DNA of 44,835 bases from Syntrophus sp. GWC2_56_31 (lineage in GTDB: Bacteria > Desulfobacterota > Syntrophia > Syntrophales > UBA5619), in assembly GCA_001829875.1 (NCBI GenBank), contig MICN01000103.1, forward strand, positions 1 to 44,835. The letters are read 5' to 3'. Both the position numbers and the translations under genes were made by a program. This document shows, one piece after another, positions 44,401 to 44,835 of the stretch (within the stretch, counting starts at the first letter, position 1; the number at the start of each line of letters is the position of its first letter). The notes below the pieces were generated by a model. It saw only the letters and a program-made list of their open reading frames with translations, ran no database searches and was not told where the DNA came from.

Positions 44401-44834
44401 AAGAGATCGACCATATTCCCCCGGACAGCGAACTCCCCTTTGCCCTCGACGAGTGTCATCCGGGTATATCCCCCTTCCATGAGTTTCTGGGCCAGCCCGT
44501 CCCGCTCGCGGATGTCACCCACTGAGATCCATTCCCCGTATCCCTCGAGAACCTCCCGTGGGATAACTTTCTGCATGAGGGCGCGGGCGGGAATCACCAC
44601 AATAGCGGGCTCGCCGAACGTCAATCGATAGAGAACCTCCAGGCGGGTGATCTCCGTCTCCCGCTGAAAGGCAAACATGTCTGTAGTCAGCAGATCCCAG
44701 GAAGGCAGCAATACAGAGCGATCGCCGCCGAGAAAGAAGGAAATATCCCGGGAAAAAGACTCCGCCTCTTTTTCCGTCGGGCCGACCACGATGAGTGTCC
44801 GCCTAAGATGCCGGAAAAGGAGGGATAGAAGAAA
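41415..44834 (-). CDS. mfd: Transcription-repair coupling factor (5' end outside the window)
   Basis: GEFAVRG, HGIGRY, ETPDQ, GDAGFGKTE, DEEQRFG, TATPIPRT, QIRGRVGR, DLEIRGAG; frame stays open to the window edge. Confidence 0.98.
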   Translation of the reverse strand, partial: FLLSLLFRHLRRTLIVVGPTEKEAESFSRDISFFLGGDRSVLLPSWDLLTTDMFAFQRETEITRLEVLYRLTFGEPAIVVIPARALMQKVIPREVLEGYGEWISVGDIRERDGLAQKLMEGGYTRMTLVEGKGEFAVRGNMVDLFPPMARHPLRLEFFGDELESIRVFDEASQRSINELAEFMLFPAREVILTPERRERAVRNIRRRSNDLELPRGTKAKLVELMATGLGASVNPLFYPLFYDTAGDDDPGARGMDTLFDYFPSNGLLVLNDPLAVAQAEEKSEGIIDRFLLKARTEERFFLDREFFCLTAVEVADRSRVMQQIHIAGLTLGAEATDRPSVWFDLERDIAIDDALRQASEEDGLLGPLAEKIRGWIGEGKRVTFVCSGEECLQRMGHLLLRYDLPARKANGAFLDGIVAEDTTAGLFLQEGQISGGFHLPGMKLVLLSEAEIFGKKVFRRRVRPAREGYFLKSFGELTEGNFIVHAEHGIGRYGGLQKLKAGGIENDFLLIGYQDQDRLYLPVDRIDQIQRYIGPDGFVPKVDRLGGTSWETVKERVKKSVREMAEELVSIYAAREVMDREAFSTPDRIYEEFCASFEFEETPDQAKAIEDIHADMSGGKPMDRLICGDAGFGKTEVAMRASLRAALDGKQVAVLVPTTILAEQHHQTFSRRLKPYPIRIEVLNRFRTKTEQLSILDGLGRGTVDIVIGTHRLLQKDVNFRNLGLVIIDEEQRFGVSHKEKLKKLRTLVDVLTLTATPIPRTLHLSLVGLRDLSIINTAPEDRLPVKTHVLEFNEEVIADAIRQELSRNGQVFFLHDRVRSIFTMARFVQKLVPEARVGVVHGRMTPKEIEAAMARFVRREDNVLVSTTIIGSGLDIPTANTIIINRADRFGLAQLYQIRGRVGRAKEEAFAYLLVPKGAMLSRDASKRLQVIMDFTEPGSGFRIASNDLEIRGAGNLLGASQSGHVSAVGYELYTELMDKAIREIKGEAPQEEEIKPEIHLGIPAFIPEVYMADEHRRLVTYKKVSLAATDEELAGVREELLDCYGFVPTEVENLLSVIGIRNLLKTIKGKKLGYDGKVMTVFLQEKSPVDPRRIIELYRRKVRGVQLTPDLKLTIPMPDLQGGEILNRARELLRELG

Positions 44835-44835
44835 G

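Overview
A 44.8-kb chromosomal segment from a GC-rich anaerobe. Gene content and the mfd-ppiC-surA and proA-nadD orders suggest Desulfobacterota (probably Syntrophales-like); this is an inference. Left arm, minus strand: pyrG, a very large GlmS-like protein, a Fis-like HTH, a membrane protein and moaC, then a compact AT-richer cassette encoding a PIG-L deacetylase, an ACP, an acetate-CoA ligase and a stand-alone GlmU-type LbH acyltransferase. Centre: comM, ilvE, a DnaA-box/IHF cluster with no dnaA nearby, lolA, and a Bacteroidota-style glycogen operon ending in a GT3 synthase-GT35 phosphorylase fusion. Right: flavin reductase, DUF2905, PflX-like radical SAM, patatin-like protein, proA-nadD, panE, an ECF sigma/anti-sigma locus with its own ECF promoter, a QueG-like protein lacking the DYH motif, a DUF6516 (TumE/TumA-like) toxin-antitoxin pair bracketed by REP-like palindromes, and mfd-ppiC-surA-uvrA-M48. 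Two non-coding repeat families are present: a ~125-bp MITE-like element (4 copies) and REP-like palindromes (4 sites). No rRNA, tRNA, CRISPR array, integrase or transposase was seen. The best candidate for an undescribed system is the deacetylase-ACP-Acs-LbH cassette beside the giant GlmS. Protein calls rest on motif recognition; no database searches were run.
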